Origin: an uncultured virus (IMG/VR IMGVR_UViG_3300031416_000004)
Taxonomy: Duplodnaviria > Heunggongvirae > Uroviricota > Caudoviricetes
Reading direction: 5' to 3' (one strand)
Length of the DNA: 64,000 nt
Virus record (IMG/VR): IMGVR_UViG_3300031416_000004
Part shown: piece by piece, positions 46,060-56,432 of the stretch
How positions within the stretch are numbered: the stretch's first letter is position 1
Layout of the letters: each line of letters starts with the position of its first letter
Program-made: the position numbers and the translations under genes
Notes under the pieces: generated by a model
Database searches by the model: none
The model's input: the letters and a program-made list of their open reading frames with translations, nothing else
Told to the model about the DNA's origin: nothing

Positions 46060-46874
46060 CAGAACACCGGATCTCCTTGGAATGGGGATCTTCCCGGCAT
46101 GTGCGGGATGCCGCCAAAGTTCGAGAGGTTATTGAACTTGTTTTTGCAGTCTTCACGAGTGCGCGAACAACCGGGGTAAGCGGTGATCAAATCACCTGGC
46201 TTCAGTCCGACGCGTGTTCCAAATATGGTGAAGCCGGTCCCAAAATGGTTCTCGATCCCACGTCTCTCTATCGCCCCTGGGAAGCGCGGCCACTCGAAAA
46301 AACCATTGGCAAAATATGTGAAAGGCAATCCGGCAATGTCAGATGACCAGATTGTGTTTCCGTCGATATTATCGATCTGAAACGTCACCCCATACGACGC
46401 CTTTGGAACTCTGCAACTGATGTCGTAAAGTGCATGAGGGCACTGCCTGCCCCAACTCAGACGCAAGCCGTTTCTATTGAAGCCCGAGGTCAACATTTTC
46501 ATGGATATTTCGACCGCCGCGGTGTCGATCTGCTTGCAACTCACGGCATACCCGACCCATACGATAGGGGCTTCGGTTTCCCCACGGTGAATGCGTCTGA
46601 TCTGTAGCCAGACCTTCTCGCTCGGCGGCTGACCGTTGAGCATCATTGCGACTGGTAGGTTTTTTGAAAGTTTTACTGTCATCTCGTCCGACGACGCATC
46701 GCCTGACTGTTCAACACCTGAATCGCTGATCGGGGTGGCGATATACCGTTCTTCGCCGAGAAAAGTATCTTCATCATCGGATGAATATTTCCAACTCGCC
46801 GTCCCAAAGGTGAACTCGTACAGAGCGACAGGTTCACCGTGTTCGTTTGATCGCTCAATACTGTCGTAGCTCAT
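46059..46874 (-). CDS. Tail protein, DUF2163/BR0599-like
   Basis: CPHALYD..C, PGC.....C..KF.N..NFGG.P. Confidence 0.85.
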   Translation of the reverse strand: MSYDSIERSNEHGEPVALYEFTFGTASWKYSSDDEDTFLGEERYIATPISDSGVEQSGDASSDEMTVKLSKNLPVAMMLNGQPPSEKVWLQIRRIHRGETEAPIVWVGYAVSCKQIDTAAVEISMKMLTSGFNRNGLRLSWGRQCPHALYDISCRVPKASYGVTFQIDNIDGNTIWSSDIAGLPFTYFANGFFEWPRFPGAIERRGIENHFGTGFTIFGTRVGLKPGDLITAYPGCSRTREDCKNKFNNLSNFGGIPHMPGRSPFQGDPVF

Positions 46875-46875
46875 G

Positions 46876-48717
46876 TCAGAACCCTGCCTGTGCAATTCGT
46901 AAAGGGGGTGCCGCCTTGAAGGTGGCAGAGCAACGAGAGACACCTTGAGTGTCCGTCACGTGAAGGATCTCAACCCTGTCCTGATCAAGGCGAGAGAGCC
47001 GCATGAAGCTGACACGCAGGACATCGGCCGGCAGCAAGCCTTCAGGGAAAGGTTGATCAACACCGATCACCTCAACATCGTTACCTAAAACGGCGCTGCT
47101 GGTGATGCGTCTGTACGCACGTCGGCCGTCACAGAATAATATCGCGATATGATCCTGGCCGATTTGGATGCCACCGGATTGGGTGAACCCGAAATTCTCG
47201 ACAAGAAGATACTGATCTCCGATCGGTGTCGGACTCATCAACCGCATGTCATTGCAGAATGACGGGAGCCAAATGCTCCCCCACCGGCCGCGCAACCTGA
47301 AAAGAAGCTTTTTCAATTGGGCGTACTCTGGCCTTCCTGCCTGAACCCAATTGTGTTTCTGGCTCGGAAAAGGAATGCCGGCGATGTCAAAAAAGTGAGG
47401 CAGCGACGTTTCGTTATCGAGTTGGTCGATTATTCGAGAGAAGGCGAAATCAATATTTTCACCCTCGTCAGGCGGCAAATCGATAACATTGTAACCGTCG
47501 TAAACGTCCAGGAAGTCCAATGTGTCGACATCTGCAGCCTGATCGTCGTTTCTCTCCATTATCCGGAAAGCGGTAGTGAAAGTGATGGCGTTATCGGTCA
47601 CTTTCCGGACGGTTGGCTGATCCTCCAACCTGGCTACCCTAACAGGATGAATTTTCGAAAAAGCTTCCCAATTTTGCTCAAGGGGAAGTCTCAACGTAAG
47701 TCCTGAAGTCGAGACGCCAGTAATTTCGGCGAGCTCATACTGGCGAACTTTCGTACCGCCTATGAAGATTACGTCACCTACACGGATGCCATCATTGTCC
47801 GCCTGCAGGCACGGGATAAAATCGGTCCCGCTCAACACCGGTTGGGTGGAACGGTAGGACTCGTGCCACTGTGGAAGATAAAAATGTCTGCCCCCATGCA
47901 CTTCTATAAAATGTCGGAGAACGTTCATTTCGTGTTCTGCGACGGCGCAAGAGAATTCAACAGTCTTGCGGGGATATTTGCGGAGCGATCGCCGTTGTTC
48001 CGCACCGGTCGGAGAGGCCAGAACATCAGTCAACCACTCCAAGGCTTCGGTGTAGGAACCAGACCAGTTGGGTTCGAAAGGCCACGTTGGGATGTTGAGG
48101 ATATCGCCCCTGGCATAGAATGGATTGTTCGCTACGGCCGAAGTAGTGATGCTGAAAGTGGTTTCGCTTTCAAGATCAACCGCAACCTTGGAAACAATCG
48201 CGCTCGAAATTGTGAAGAAACTATCAATTGAGGCAGCAGCAATCGGGTCAATCACACCGTTGTGTTCAACAGTAAATTCCGCGCTGTGATTAACAACGAT
48301 AAAGCTTTCTACCACTGCGTCAGAATTTACATCGAAGACCACAGCCAGATTGGCATCAATGACGCTCGCAGAACCGGATTCCGAACTAATTTCAAAACCG
48401 GAATCCGACAGCAGTTCAACTATCGCGTCGACCGCGGTCTCCACATTGATCGTAAAGTCAGATGACGCGGCGAGTGTTATGTCGACAGCAAGCGTGGAAG
48501 AATGGATAAGCGAGAAGGTCTGCGAGTAGTCAATGACAATCCCACTCTCGGCGGATGTCGCGCTATCTACCGAAAAGGTAGTCAGATCCTGAATAAGCGA
48601 AAGACCAGCAACCGGAAGATACTGGTTCACAATATAGTCAAGATCGCGTTCGAGAGAGGGGAAATCCCCTAACGCAATCCCTTCATCGATAATGGCTTGC
48701 TCATCGGCGGTCGCCAT
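46876..48717 (-). CDS. Distal tail-like protein with Ser/Val-rich N-terminal extension
   Basis: PNW....E.LEWLTDVL.S.TGAEQR..LR..PR; RLDQD.VEI.H. Confidence 0.75.
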   Translation of the reverse strand: MATADEQAIIDEGIALGDFPSLERDLDYIVNQYLPVAGLSLIQDLTTFSVDSATSAESGIVIDYSQTFSLIHSSTLAVDITLAASSDFTINVETAVDAIVELLSDSGFEISSESGSASVIDANLAVVFDVNSDAVVESFIVVNHSAEFTVEHNGVIDPIAAASIDSFFTISSAIVSKVAVDLESETTFSITTSAVANNPFYARGDILNIPTWPFEPNWSGSYTEALEWLTDVLASPTGAEQRRSLRKYPRKTVEFSCAVAEHEMNVLRHFIEVHGGRHFYLPQWHESYRSTQPVLSGTDFIPCLQADNDGIRVGDVIFIGGTKVRQYELAEITGVSTSGLTLRLPLEQNWEAFSKIHPVRVARLEDQPTVRKVTDNAITFTTAFRIMERNDDQAADVDTLDFLDVYDGYNVIDLPPDEGENIDFAFSRIIDQLDNETSLPHFFDIAGIPFPSQKHNWVQAGRPEYAQLKKLLFRLRGRWGSIWLPSFCNDMRLMSPTPIGDQYLLVENFGFTQSGGIQIGQDHIAILFCDGRRAYRRITSSAVLGNDVEVIGVDQPFPEGLLPADVLRVSFMRLSRLDQDRVEILHVTDTQGVSRCSATFKAAPPLRIAQAGF

Positions 48718-48740
48718 CAAGCGATCCCTCGCTTACTGGT

Positions 48741-49139
48741 TTAGGGATTGCCGGCAGTCTTCGAGAACGTGGTGACGGTTACGGTCTGACCCACCGCAAT
48801 ATCGGTGTTATTGATGGTCATATCACCGCCACTCATTGCCACCGTACCTTGCTCGTGGACCGTCGTGCCGGCTGTATTCAGAATGCGAAAATATCCGGCA
48901 TCGCCAGCGGCAACCCCTGCCCCACTCCAAGTGCCGGCTTTCGCGATGATGCCGTTCGATGCAGTTGCCATCCAGTCAGACGGCAGAGCCATTTCGACCA
49001 ACAGAGTTCCTGTCGCTGCGTCTGTTATGTTCGTCGGCGGTGCCCCGGTGTAGATACGCAACTTGGCAGCAGTGCCGATCGTGGCCTCGTATGCGTTCAT
49101 CATCGCGTTGCGAACCGCAGCCGACATCCTTATAACCAT
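48741..49139 (-). CDS. Small virion structural protein
   Basis: LRIYTG.PP...A.GTLL...AG.AGYFRI; own promoter upstream. Confidence 0.7.
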   Translation of the reverse strand: MVIRMSAAVRNAMMNAYEATIGTAAKLRIYTGAPPTNITDAATGTLLVEMALPSDWMATASNGIIAKAGTWSGAGVAAGDAGYFRILNTAGTTVHEQGTVAMSGGDMTINNTDIAVGQTVTVTTFSKTAGNP

Positions 49140-49205
49140 TTCCGTCCACCTCACTAAAAGGTTGAGTTTAAGTTGCCAGTCGGCCTCTCAACAGGGATTA
49201 CCCAT

Positions 49206-49234
49206 CCGTATAATCCACCTTTTGTTGATTTGCA
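49206..49234 (-). promoter_or_regulatory. Late-region promoter with operator as spacer (copy 1)
   Basis: TTGCAA-ATCAACAAAAGGTGGAT-TATACG; near-identical to 63754-63782. Confidence 0.65.
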
Positions 49235-49247
49235 ATCAAACAGTTGA

Positions 49248-52200
49248 TTATGAGCCGAGCAAACTGCGAAGCTTCCCTTTGTTGCGACCGAGCACGCCCA
49301 TAATAACTTTCTCGCCGGAAGAACTATCCATCCAGTTCGACGCACTCGCTTCATCGAGCACAACGATGTTTCGGATCGCGGTCGGGCCGCCATTGGACGA
49401 ACCACGTTCTGCCGCGGCCATCCGCTCTGTCAGGGCGCTTTCCTGTGCTTCCGTCCGGATCGTCTCACCACGTTCGAGAATGGTCGGCACCTCGTTGGAC
49501 TTCAGGCCCGCAACACCGCCGCTGTGATAATAGGATGCGACACTGAAGACGCCGGGGTCAACCTTGCGAGATCGAGTGGTTGAACCGATCGTGCCACCGC
49601 CATGGGCAACGGCTCCACCGAGTGCCGACGCAGCCTTGCCGATCGGACCGCCAAATCCGGCGAGGGCGTTCAGGATGGTCTGCTTGAGAATCATCATTGC
49701 GATTTCGCGCAGGAAGTTCGCCGCGAACTGCAAGAAGGCTGTCCCGAGCGCTTTGAATGCGTTCTCACCGTTGGCAACCGCCTGAGCAAAGGAGTCGAAC
49801 ACTCCGAGAAGCCCATCCGCAAAGGAACCAACGAGTTGCTGTGTCTGCTGTGATGTCAAGCCAAGGGTATTCACGGCGCGACCGACGTTCGCGATCGTGC
49901 CGGCTGCGGTTTGTGTTTTCGTGATAAGGGCATCGATCACAGGCAACTTTGCAGCCGCTTCCGGACCACCAATAGCTTCCCACATGGAACGAGCATTTTC
50001 AGCGGCGGATACAATCTGTGTGTTGAGATCGAGGATCTGCTGCGACAACGACTCTGCTGTCCCAACATCACCTGTCTGCATGGCCTGTTTGTATTGCTGC
50101 ATGAGGGCATTGCGCTGCTGCTCAAGTGCCTGAGCCTGTTGAAGAGCGGTGTTCGCCTCCTGAATGGAAGTCTTCTGGTCGCGCTTTTCCTGGCTGATCT
50201 TGTATTCTTCAGTAGCAAGCTGCCGTATTTTGGCAATCTGCTCATCGGTGAGCGTGACACCGGCTTCCTTCGCCTTCTTCTGTTCCTCGGAAAGCTTCTT
50301 TTGAACGAACGCTTCCTGGGTCAGGCGACCGGCATTACCGTTCTCTGCTTCCTGAAGAGCAATCCGCTCATTGAGGCCGACGTTATACTCTTTCTGTGTC
50401 GCAAGGCGCTTCCGTTCGACCTCGAACTGCTTTTCGGTGAAGTCTCCCCCGCCTTCAAAAAGAGTGGCTTCCTGATTGCGTCGATTGGTGTTGATGCCAC
50501 CGTTGTGACTGGCAAGGGAGCGGATGGCTTCGGCGATCTGGTCAACCGTTCCTTGCTGGATTGTATCCAGGATACCAGTGCTTTTCAGATCGCCATAATT
50601 GTAAGCGATCGATGTCAGGACACCTTGCTGCTGCGGAGAGAATGCATCGAACCTATTGCCGCCCACCTGATCGCGAGCAATCTTTCCGAACTCATCCACG
50701 CGCCGAGTCAGATCGCGCACGGCGTCCGACATCGGCACTGTCATGCCCTGAGTGATCTTCTGGATCGATCCGTCTGCGAGGGTCACCGTGTCTGAACCAA
50801 AGCCAGCGCGGTAAGCATTCACATCGTAGTATGGTTTTTCGCTGTAGCCTTCAAACTTCTTGATGATGTTGAATGCGGCAGAACCGCCATCCGAACCAAG
50901 ATTGCCGAAGTTCACGGCAGTCATTCCAGCCTGATAACGCTTTTGGGCTTCCACCAACTGGTCGAACGAACCGGCAAACTTGATCGCCTGATTGTACTGT
51001 TCTTCCAAGCCTTTGATGGTCTCAAGCTTTTTCAGTTCTTCGGCCACGGATGGAATGAGCTTGCCCATTTCCCCCATGGCTTCGTTAAACTTTTTCGCCT
51101 TTTCCTCTGCCAGTTTAGTCGAGTCGGCATAACTGTCGGTCGCTGCCTTCGTCCCGATCAGCGCCTTGTCGGCCTCGGTGGCAGTTCCGTTGAAAGCCTT
51201 CACTACGGCATCGGCCTGCTGCATGGCATCGTAAAGTTCAAGCAGGCTCTTGGTCGTACCGTCGCCACTGTTGACGAGATTAAGCAGTTCGAGGGCAATG
51301 TCCTTGAACATCTGCTCGGATGGATTGAGTGCTATGTCATTCAGCACCTTCTCAAAATCGCGCAGTGTTTTGGTGCCGTCTCGAACCCCGTTGATCGCTT
51401 CCTCGATCTGACGGAACTGCTTAATCTGCGGCGAGTTAGAGGCGAGGTCGGCCGAGCCGGCATAGAGGACGCGAGACAGGCTTTGAGCGTCCTTCAGGCT
51501 CGCCTGAAAGGTACTCCGCAGTTTCTCAGCACTGGCAAGCGCCTGTGCGAGCGTCGCGCCTTTGATATTGTCGGCAACCTTCTTGGTTGTCCCTTCGATG
51601 GAATCGTATGCCGTCTGAACGGCCTGCAGAATTCTCTCGTGCTCGCTGACAGCAGTAACGGTCTTGTCGACTTCCGTTGCCCACGAGCTAACAGCGAGCG
51701 TTACACCTGTCAGGATGATGCCTGGAAGGCCGCCGACCGCCGACCAAAGCAGCCGGAAGGCGCCGGCCGCAACACCTGCGAGGCGGGTAAGCCCACCAAC
51801 AGCCACCTGCAGCGCCAGAAAGCGTGAACCGGCTGTGCCGCCAACGACGGTTGCCACCCGCAACTGTGCGTTCATCGCAGCAATGATACCGGTGCCACGG
51901 GTCAGCGATCCGGCTAGTGCATTCCATTTGGCTTGCGTGGCGGTGACCGTACCAGCCCACGTGAACATCTCCCGGTTCAGCGTTCCGGTGGCAACCGCGT
52001 TGGCCTTGATAGCGGAAAACCAGTTGCCGAGACTGCCTGCAACCTTCAGCGCGACCAGCACGCCGGCAATGCGGGCGAAGTCGTCCATGTATGGCAACAG
52101 CGCGACCAGCCCTCTGGTCACATTACCGAGAGCCGCGCCGAGCGACAGGAAGAACTCACGGCCTTCGGTGCTTTGGAAGTAGGTGTTGAGCGTCCGCAGC

Positions 52201-54281
52201 CCATCGGTGAAGGCGTCAATGAAGCCACCCTCGCCGATCCGCAATTGCGCCTGGAAAATGTTGTTCTGGAAACGTCCGAGTTCGGCAGTCGTCGAAGCGA
52301 GCGCGGCACCAAGCTGCGGGCCAAAACGGCGCTTCAACTCTTCTGCGAATTTCAGAAGCGTGGTCTGGTCAGCCAGAACCTCACCCTTCTTCATCATCTC
52401 GTCGAGCTCGGACGCACTGACGCCGATCGCCTCTGCGAAGATATTGAAGGCACCGGCCAGACGGTCGCCCAACTGCCGGCGAAGTTCTTCCGACGATACC
52501 TTGCCCTTCGAGATCATCTGTTCGAGAGCGAGGAAGACACCGTTCAACTGGTCGATCGACAGCTTGTTGACACGGCCGGCCTCGGCAACCGACAGGAAGA
52601 TGTCTCGGGTGGCACCGGCAGAAAAGTTAGCGGCATTGGCTGCCACGGCGAATTTCGAATATTGGTCAGCCAGAACGCCGAATTCGATACCAAGTCGAGC
52701 AGCATTACGTTCGAGGAAATCGAGTTCCTTGCTGACCTTTCCGGTATCCTGATTGAAGACCACGCCAAGTCGGCTTTGCGCCGCTTCAAGCGTCTGATAA
52801 GCCTTCAGCACACCACCGATCTGCCCGATCGCGGCATTCAGTCCGATGTAGCTGGCGGTGAGCGAAAGGATCTCGCCACGGATGCGCTGAAAGAGTGAGA
52901 GCGCGTCACGGCCGCCGCGAGTGCTGCTGCGCAGTGCGCTGTCCAGGTTCTTCGCACCAGAGGCACCAGATTCCATGGCAGAACCGGCTGCCTGTGCGCC
53001 CTGCCCCATTGCGCGGATCGGTGGAAGCGCGGCATTGGCGCTGTTCCCAAGCTGCCGGTTTGCCGCCGCACTGGAAGTCGCGGCCTGTGCAACGCGAGCA
53101 AGTCCGGAAACTGGAAGACCGGCCGCGGCACGGAGCTTGTCCAGCGCATCAACCTGGGAGAAGTATTCCGTTTTGGCCTTGCGTGCCGCATCCGTGACGC
53201 GCTTGAACGCATCGACCTGTTGCGTTGCATTGCCACTGACCGTTTGCAGGCCGGTGGCAAGCCGTTTGGCTTCCCCTTCGAGTGCTTTCCAGTCGTCGCG
53301 CAATTCATTGATCGCAGCAATCTGCTTTTGGAGTGCAGCAGCCTGTTTAGGATCTACGACCTCCGCGCCGCCGCTGCTGAACTTGTTGAGGGCTTCGATA
53401 GCACGACGCGTCCGGTCGATTTCAGCAGCATTCTTCGCAGCCGCCGCAGCAACCTCATTTTGACGAAGTGCGAGCCCGCCCATGGCAGTGCTGGCCTGAT
53501 CAGCAACGGACTTTATTTTTGATTGCTCGGCGGTAACCGCGGAAAGCGCAGTCTCATTGCGCTTCATCTCGGCAGTTGCCTTTGCCGTTTCGCGACCAAG
53601 CTCTCTTTCGTACTTCGCAGCAGCATCGAGTTTGGGGTTTAGACGTGCCAGTTCTGCTTCCGTCGCAGCGATCGTACGGCTCTGGTCAGTAAGCTGTTGC
53701 TGAATCTGCGCCTGAAGACCACGGGCAGACTGTGCGTCACGGAAAACGGAAGTGTCGCCAGTTGGCGCCACCGGTCCCGGCGCTTGACGTGGTGTGCGGG
53801 CAAGTTCCTTGTTGTAGCGGTTCTGCGCTCGCTCTGTCTCTTTGACGAGCTTGTTAACTTCGGCGAGATCCTTCTTATAGGCGTCTCGCGTAGCCTTGGC
53901 GCGGTTCAGGACAGATGTCTGCTGCTCGACTTCATCCCGAAATTTCTTGGCGTTTGCAGCGGCTTCGGCTTGAAGCGCTGACCATTCTTTGGTTTCCTGA
54001 GAACTCTTGTTCAGGGCGCTGGCGGCCTCACCGGCTGCCTTGTCAACGCGATCAAGGTTATCTGCTATCGCACCGAGCGCGGAAAGACCCTTGGCTTGCT
54101 GCATGAGCGAACCAAGGGCATTACCGAGTTGTCCGAGTGAGTTGTTTGCCTTGCCGGCTTCGGTGCTGCCGGTCTTGACCGCAGTTTGAAACTCTTTCCA
54201 GGATTCGGTGATGACATCGAGGTTCTTGGACGCTTCGTTTCTGGCCTTGATCACCAGGTCGACGACGTTCTTATCAGCCAT
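49248..54281 (-). CDS. Tape measure protein with embedded lysozyme-like domain
   Basis: 1677 aa helical; QMISKGKVSSEELRRQLGDRL; IKKFEGY...YYD...AGFG GH24-like motif. Confidence 0.93.
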   Translation of the reverse strand: MADKNVVDLVIKARNEASKNLDVITESWKEFQTAVKTGSTEAGKANNSLGQLGNALGSLMQQAKGLSALGAIADNLDRVDKAAGEAASALNKSSQETKEWSALQAEAAANAKKFRDEVEQQTSVLNRAKATRDAYKKDLAEVNKLVKETERAQNRYNKELARTPRQAPGPVAPTGDTSVFRDAQSARGLQAQIQQQLTDQSRTIAATEAELARLNPKLDAAAKYERELGRETAKATAEMKRNETALSAVTAEQSKIKSVADQASTAMGGLALRQNEVAAAAAKNAAEIDRTRRAIEALNKFSSGGAEVVDPKQAAALQKQIAAINELRDDWKALEGEAKRLATGLQTVSGNATQQVDAFKRVTDAARKAKTEYFSQVDALDKLRAAAGLPVSGLARVAQAATSSAAANRQLGNSANAALPPIRAMGQGAQAAGSAMESGASGAKNLDSALRSSTRGGRDALSLFQRIRGEILSLTASYIGLNAAIGQIGGVLKAYQTLEAAQSRLGVVFNQDTGKVSKELDFLERNAARLGIEFGVLADQYSKFAVAANAANFSAGATRDIFLSVAEAGRVNKLSIDQLNGVFLALEQMISKGKVSSEELRRQLGDRLAGAFNIFAEAIGVSASELDEMMKKGEVLADQTTLLKFAEELKRRFGPQLGAALASTTAELGRFQNNIFQAQLRIGEGGFIDAFTDGLRTLNTYFQSTEGREFFLSLGAALGNVTRGLVALLPYMDDFARIAGVLVALKVAGSLGNWFSAIKANAVATGTLNREMFTWAGTVTATQAKWNALAGSLTRGTGIIAAMNAQLRVATVVGGTAGSRFLALQVAVGGLTRLAGVAAGAFRLLWSAVGGLPGIILTGVTLAVSSWATEVDKTVTAVSEHERILQAVQTAYDSIEGTTKKVADNIKGATLAQALASAEKLRSTFQASLKDAQSLSRVLYAGSADLASNSPQIKQFRQIEEAINGVRDGTKTLRDFEKVLNDIALNPSEQMFKDIALELLNLVNSGDGTTKSLLELYDAMQQADAVVKAFNGTATEADKALIGTKAATDSYADSTKLAEEKAKKFNEAMGEMGKLIPSVAEELKKLETIKGLEEQYNQAIKFAGSFDQLVEAQKRYQAGMTAVNFGNLGSDGGSAAFNIIKKFEGYSEKPYYDVNAYRAGFGSDTVTLADGSIQKITQGMTVPMSDAVRDLTRRVDEFGKIARDQVGGNRFDAFSPQQQGVLTSIAYNYGDLKSTGILDTIQQGTVDQIAEAIRSLASHNGGINTNRRNQEATLFEGGGDFTEKQFEVERKRLATQKEYNVGLNERIALQEAENGNAGRLTQEAFVQKKLSEEQKKAKEAGVTLTDEQIAKIRQLATEEYKISQEKRDQKTSIQEANTALQQAQALEQQRNALMQQYKQAMQTGDVGTAESLSQQILDLNTQIVSAAENARSMWEAIGGPEAAAKLPVIDALITKTQTAAGTIANVGRAVNTLGLTSQQTQQLVGSFADGLLGVFDSFAQAVANGENAFKALGTAFLQFAANFLREIAMMILKQTILNALAGFGGPIGKAASALGGAVAHGGGTIGSTTRSRKVDPGVFSVASYYHSGGVAGLKSNEVPTILERGETIRTEAQESALTERMAAAERGSSNGGPTAIRNIVVLDEASASNWMDSSSGEKVIMGVLGRNKGKLRSLLGS

Positions 54282-54628
54282 CAGCCGTTCCTTTTCAGCA
54301 GTTCGCTTATGTCCTTGGTTCGCGTTGGAGCCTGCTCGTCATCTTCACGGAGATTCCCGTTCAGGTTTTCAACCAGTTCCGTCAGGGCTTTTCCGGCTTT
54401 TCTCGCGTCTTCCTTCTTGCCGAACGCAGCTACTGCCGATGTCATGACTGCGCTCAGGATCGTCGCTGTGGTTGCGTGATGACGGTTGATCCTCTCCACA
54501 ACCAGTTGATTTTCTTCCCAAACCCTTCCAACGTAATAGCGCTCGGCGTCCTTGTGGCCTTCAGCCAATAGTTGGCTGACCTGTCCTCGCAGACCCCAAA
54601 CCCACTCATCTAGGCTTGGGGTTTTTTG
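54281..54628 (-). CDS. Tail assembly chaperone -1 frameshift extension
   Basis: -1 frame open from CAAAAAAC (54621-54628) to 54281. Confidence 0.7.
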   Translation of the reverse strand, partial: QKTPSLDEWVWGLRGQVSQLLAEGHKDAERYYVGRVWEENQLVVERINRHHATTATILSAVMTSAVAAFGKKEDARKAGKALTELVENLNGNLREDDEQAPTRTKDISELLKRNG

Positions 54629-55047
54629 AGTTCCTTGCTGAGACCGCTCGCGCTCGCCGTGATTCGCACGACGGTCTCTACGAAGTTTTTTAGGCCACCC
54701 TGCATAGCGAAAGTGAGGGTCGCTATCTTTTCGAGTGCTGCAGCCTGAACGTCCACGGGCAAGGTTGCGTAAACCTCGATAAGAGCTTCGGGTTCACGTT
54801 CGGCGTCACAGAGGTACAGAAGGTGTGCGATCGCAGCAGGGAACTTTCCAAGCAGTTCGAGCGCGACAGACTCCACCGTCTGTTCACTCAACGCTGCGGC
54901 ATCCTTGCCGCTGAATTTTTCGTAGATTGCTGTCGCGCTTTCCTGATGGACCTGCACGATTTGCGTGATGTCCGGAACGGTGAGACCGCGAACTACGATC
55001 TCACCGCCATCGAAAGTAACCGGTTCAGTTTTCAGGGTGTACTTCAA
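54610..55047 (-). CDS. Tail assembly chaperone
   Basis: Between tail tube and tape measure; VRGL motif; slippery run at the end. Confidence 0.8.
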   Translation of the reverse strand: MKYTLKTEPVTFDGGEIVVRGLTVPDITQIVQVHQESATAIYEKFSGKDAAALSEQTVESVALELLGKFPAAIAHLLYLCDAEREPEALIEVYATLPVDVQAAALEKIATLTFAMQGGLKNFVETVVRITASASGLSKELKKPQA

Positions 55048-55062
55048 AACGGGGACTCCGTG

Positions 55063-55845
55063 TTATGCCGTCTTCGGCAGGCCGGCGATGTAGATGGCTT
55101 CAAGCGCGCCCTTCCGGAGCACTTCCACCGTGAACGGGATCTGCTGCCAGTCATCACCCTTGAGGTTGTAGTCGCCGTTCGGAGCGAGCGTGACATACGG
55201 CATGTTGATCACGCGGTCGGGGCCGGTGGCGTTGCGCGTGATGTATTTCAGCGAACCTTCCACCTTCTCGGAACCGGAAATCACGCGGTCGTACGTGGAT
55301 GCCAGAGTGGTGTAGTCAACGGTAATATCGTCACCCGCAACGATGGCACCGCCGACAACGATGGTGATGATGCCGCGTTCATAATCGATGAGGTAATCAT
55401 CGAGAATGTCGTACGTGGTGGCGCCCTTCTTGACGCTGAGACCAGTGGTGCTGATCTTCACATCGCCGATCGCATCAGATGCTGTTTCACCAAGCTGGTA
55501 GGAACGGCCGGGAATAACATCAGCGATTGCGAAACCGGTGACAGCACCGCCCGCTTCCGTGACGGTCTCCTTGCCGGCAGCCGAGAAGAAGTAATAGGCA
55601 AGGTTATCTTCATCGATTTCATCGAGAACGATATTGCCGGAGCGCGACACTTCGAGCGTGATCGACTTGTCCTTTTCGCGGATACCGCGGTCACTGTTGA
55701 AGTGATCAAGGGTTTCCGTTTCCAGTGTCAGTGCGAATTCCGGCGAGTTGCCGAGATAGCGATAGCCTTCGCCGATCTGTGTACCAGGCTTGAACCGCGA
55801 GAAGTGAAGTTCTCCGCGACCAAGTGTGTAGTTTTCACTTCCCAT
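55063..55845 (-). CDS. Major tail (tube) protein
   Basis: NYTLGRGELHF...YLGNSPEF; synteny. Confidence 0.88.
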   Translation of the reverse strand: MGSENYTLGRGELHFSRFKPGTQIGEGYRYLGNSPEFALTLETETLDHFNSDRGIREKDKSITLEVSRSGNIVLDEIDEDNLAYYFFSAAGKETVTEAGGAVTGFAIADVIPGRSYQLGETASDAIGDVKISTTGLSVKKGATTYDILDDYLIDYERGIITIVVGGAIVAGDDITVDYTTLASTYDRVISGSEKVEGSLKYITRNATGPDRVINMPYVTLAPNGDYNLKGDDWQQIPFTVEVLRKGALEAIYIAGLPKTA

Positions 55846-55892
55846 TATAAGTCACTCCTTTGTTGCCAAATCGCCAAATGGTTGATTTTCTT

Positions 55893-56432
55893 TTAACCGA
55901 AAGGATCGTTGTTGTCCTCAACGATTTTCAGCCGCAAGGTGAGCCAGAAATACGCCTTCGTGGACACGGCTTCTTCCGGAGGGCGCACTACCCCGGCACC
56001 GATCTTGAACTGCTCGACGTTGTTCTTACGCAGGTTCCCCATGTCATCGAAATTGACACCGAAGGGGTCGGGCTGCCGCATGTTCGGACCGGTGCCCTTG
56101 CGTTTGATTTCCTGCGCCAACCGCTTCTTTACGTCGGCCATGGCGACGTGTGCTGGATCTGTGGGGTTCTCGCGATCATCAGGAACGAAGCCCTGCACGA
56201 TGATATCCCACCAGCCGTCTTCCGCGGTCGAAGCCAGTGGCGACGGTCGCATCTCATTTGGTAACGGAGGCTCAATAATGCTGATCATGGGAATCGGATC
56301 GTTGACGCCGAAGACAAGCCGACCGCGGAACACGTTTCCTGTCAGGTTCACGTTATAACCACCGGCCTCGTTGATCTGAGAAAGTGCTGCCGCGATAGCT
56401 TTCTGAACTCGCAACCGGAAAGGATCGGTCAT
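55893..56432 (-). CDS. Tail completion/terminator protein
   Basis: VFRGR..FG..DP.P..SI.E, NPTDPAH; synteny. Confidence 0.75.
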   Translation of the reverse strand: MTDPFRLRVQKAIAAALSQINEAGGYNVNLTGNVFRGRLVFGVNDPIPMISIIEPPLPNEMRPSPLASTAEDGWWDIIVQGFVPDDRENPTDPAHVAMADVKKRLAQEIKRKGTGPNMRQPDPFGVNFDDMGNLRKNNVEQFKIGAGVVRPPEEAVSTKAYFWLTLRLKIVEDNNDPFG

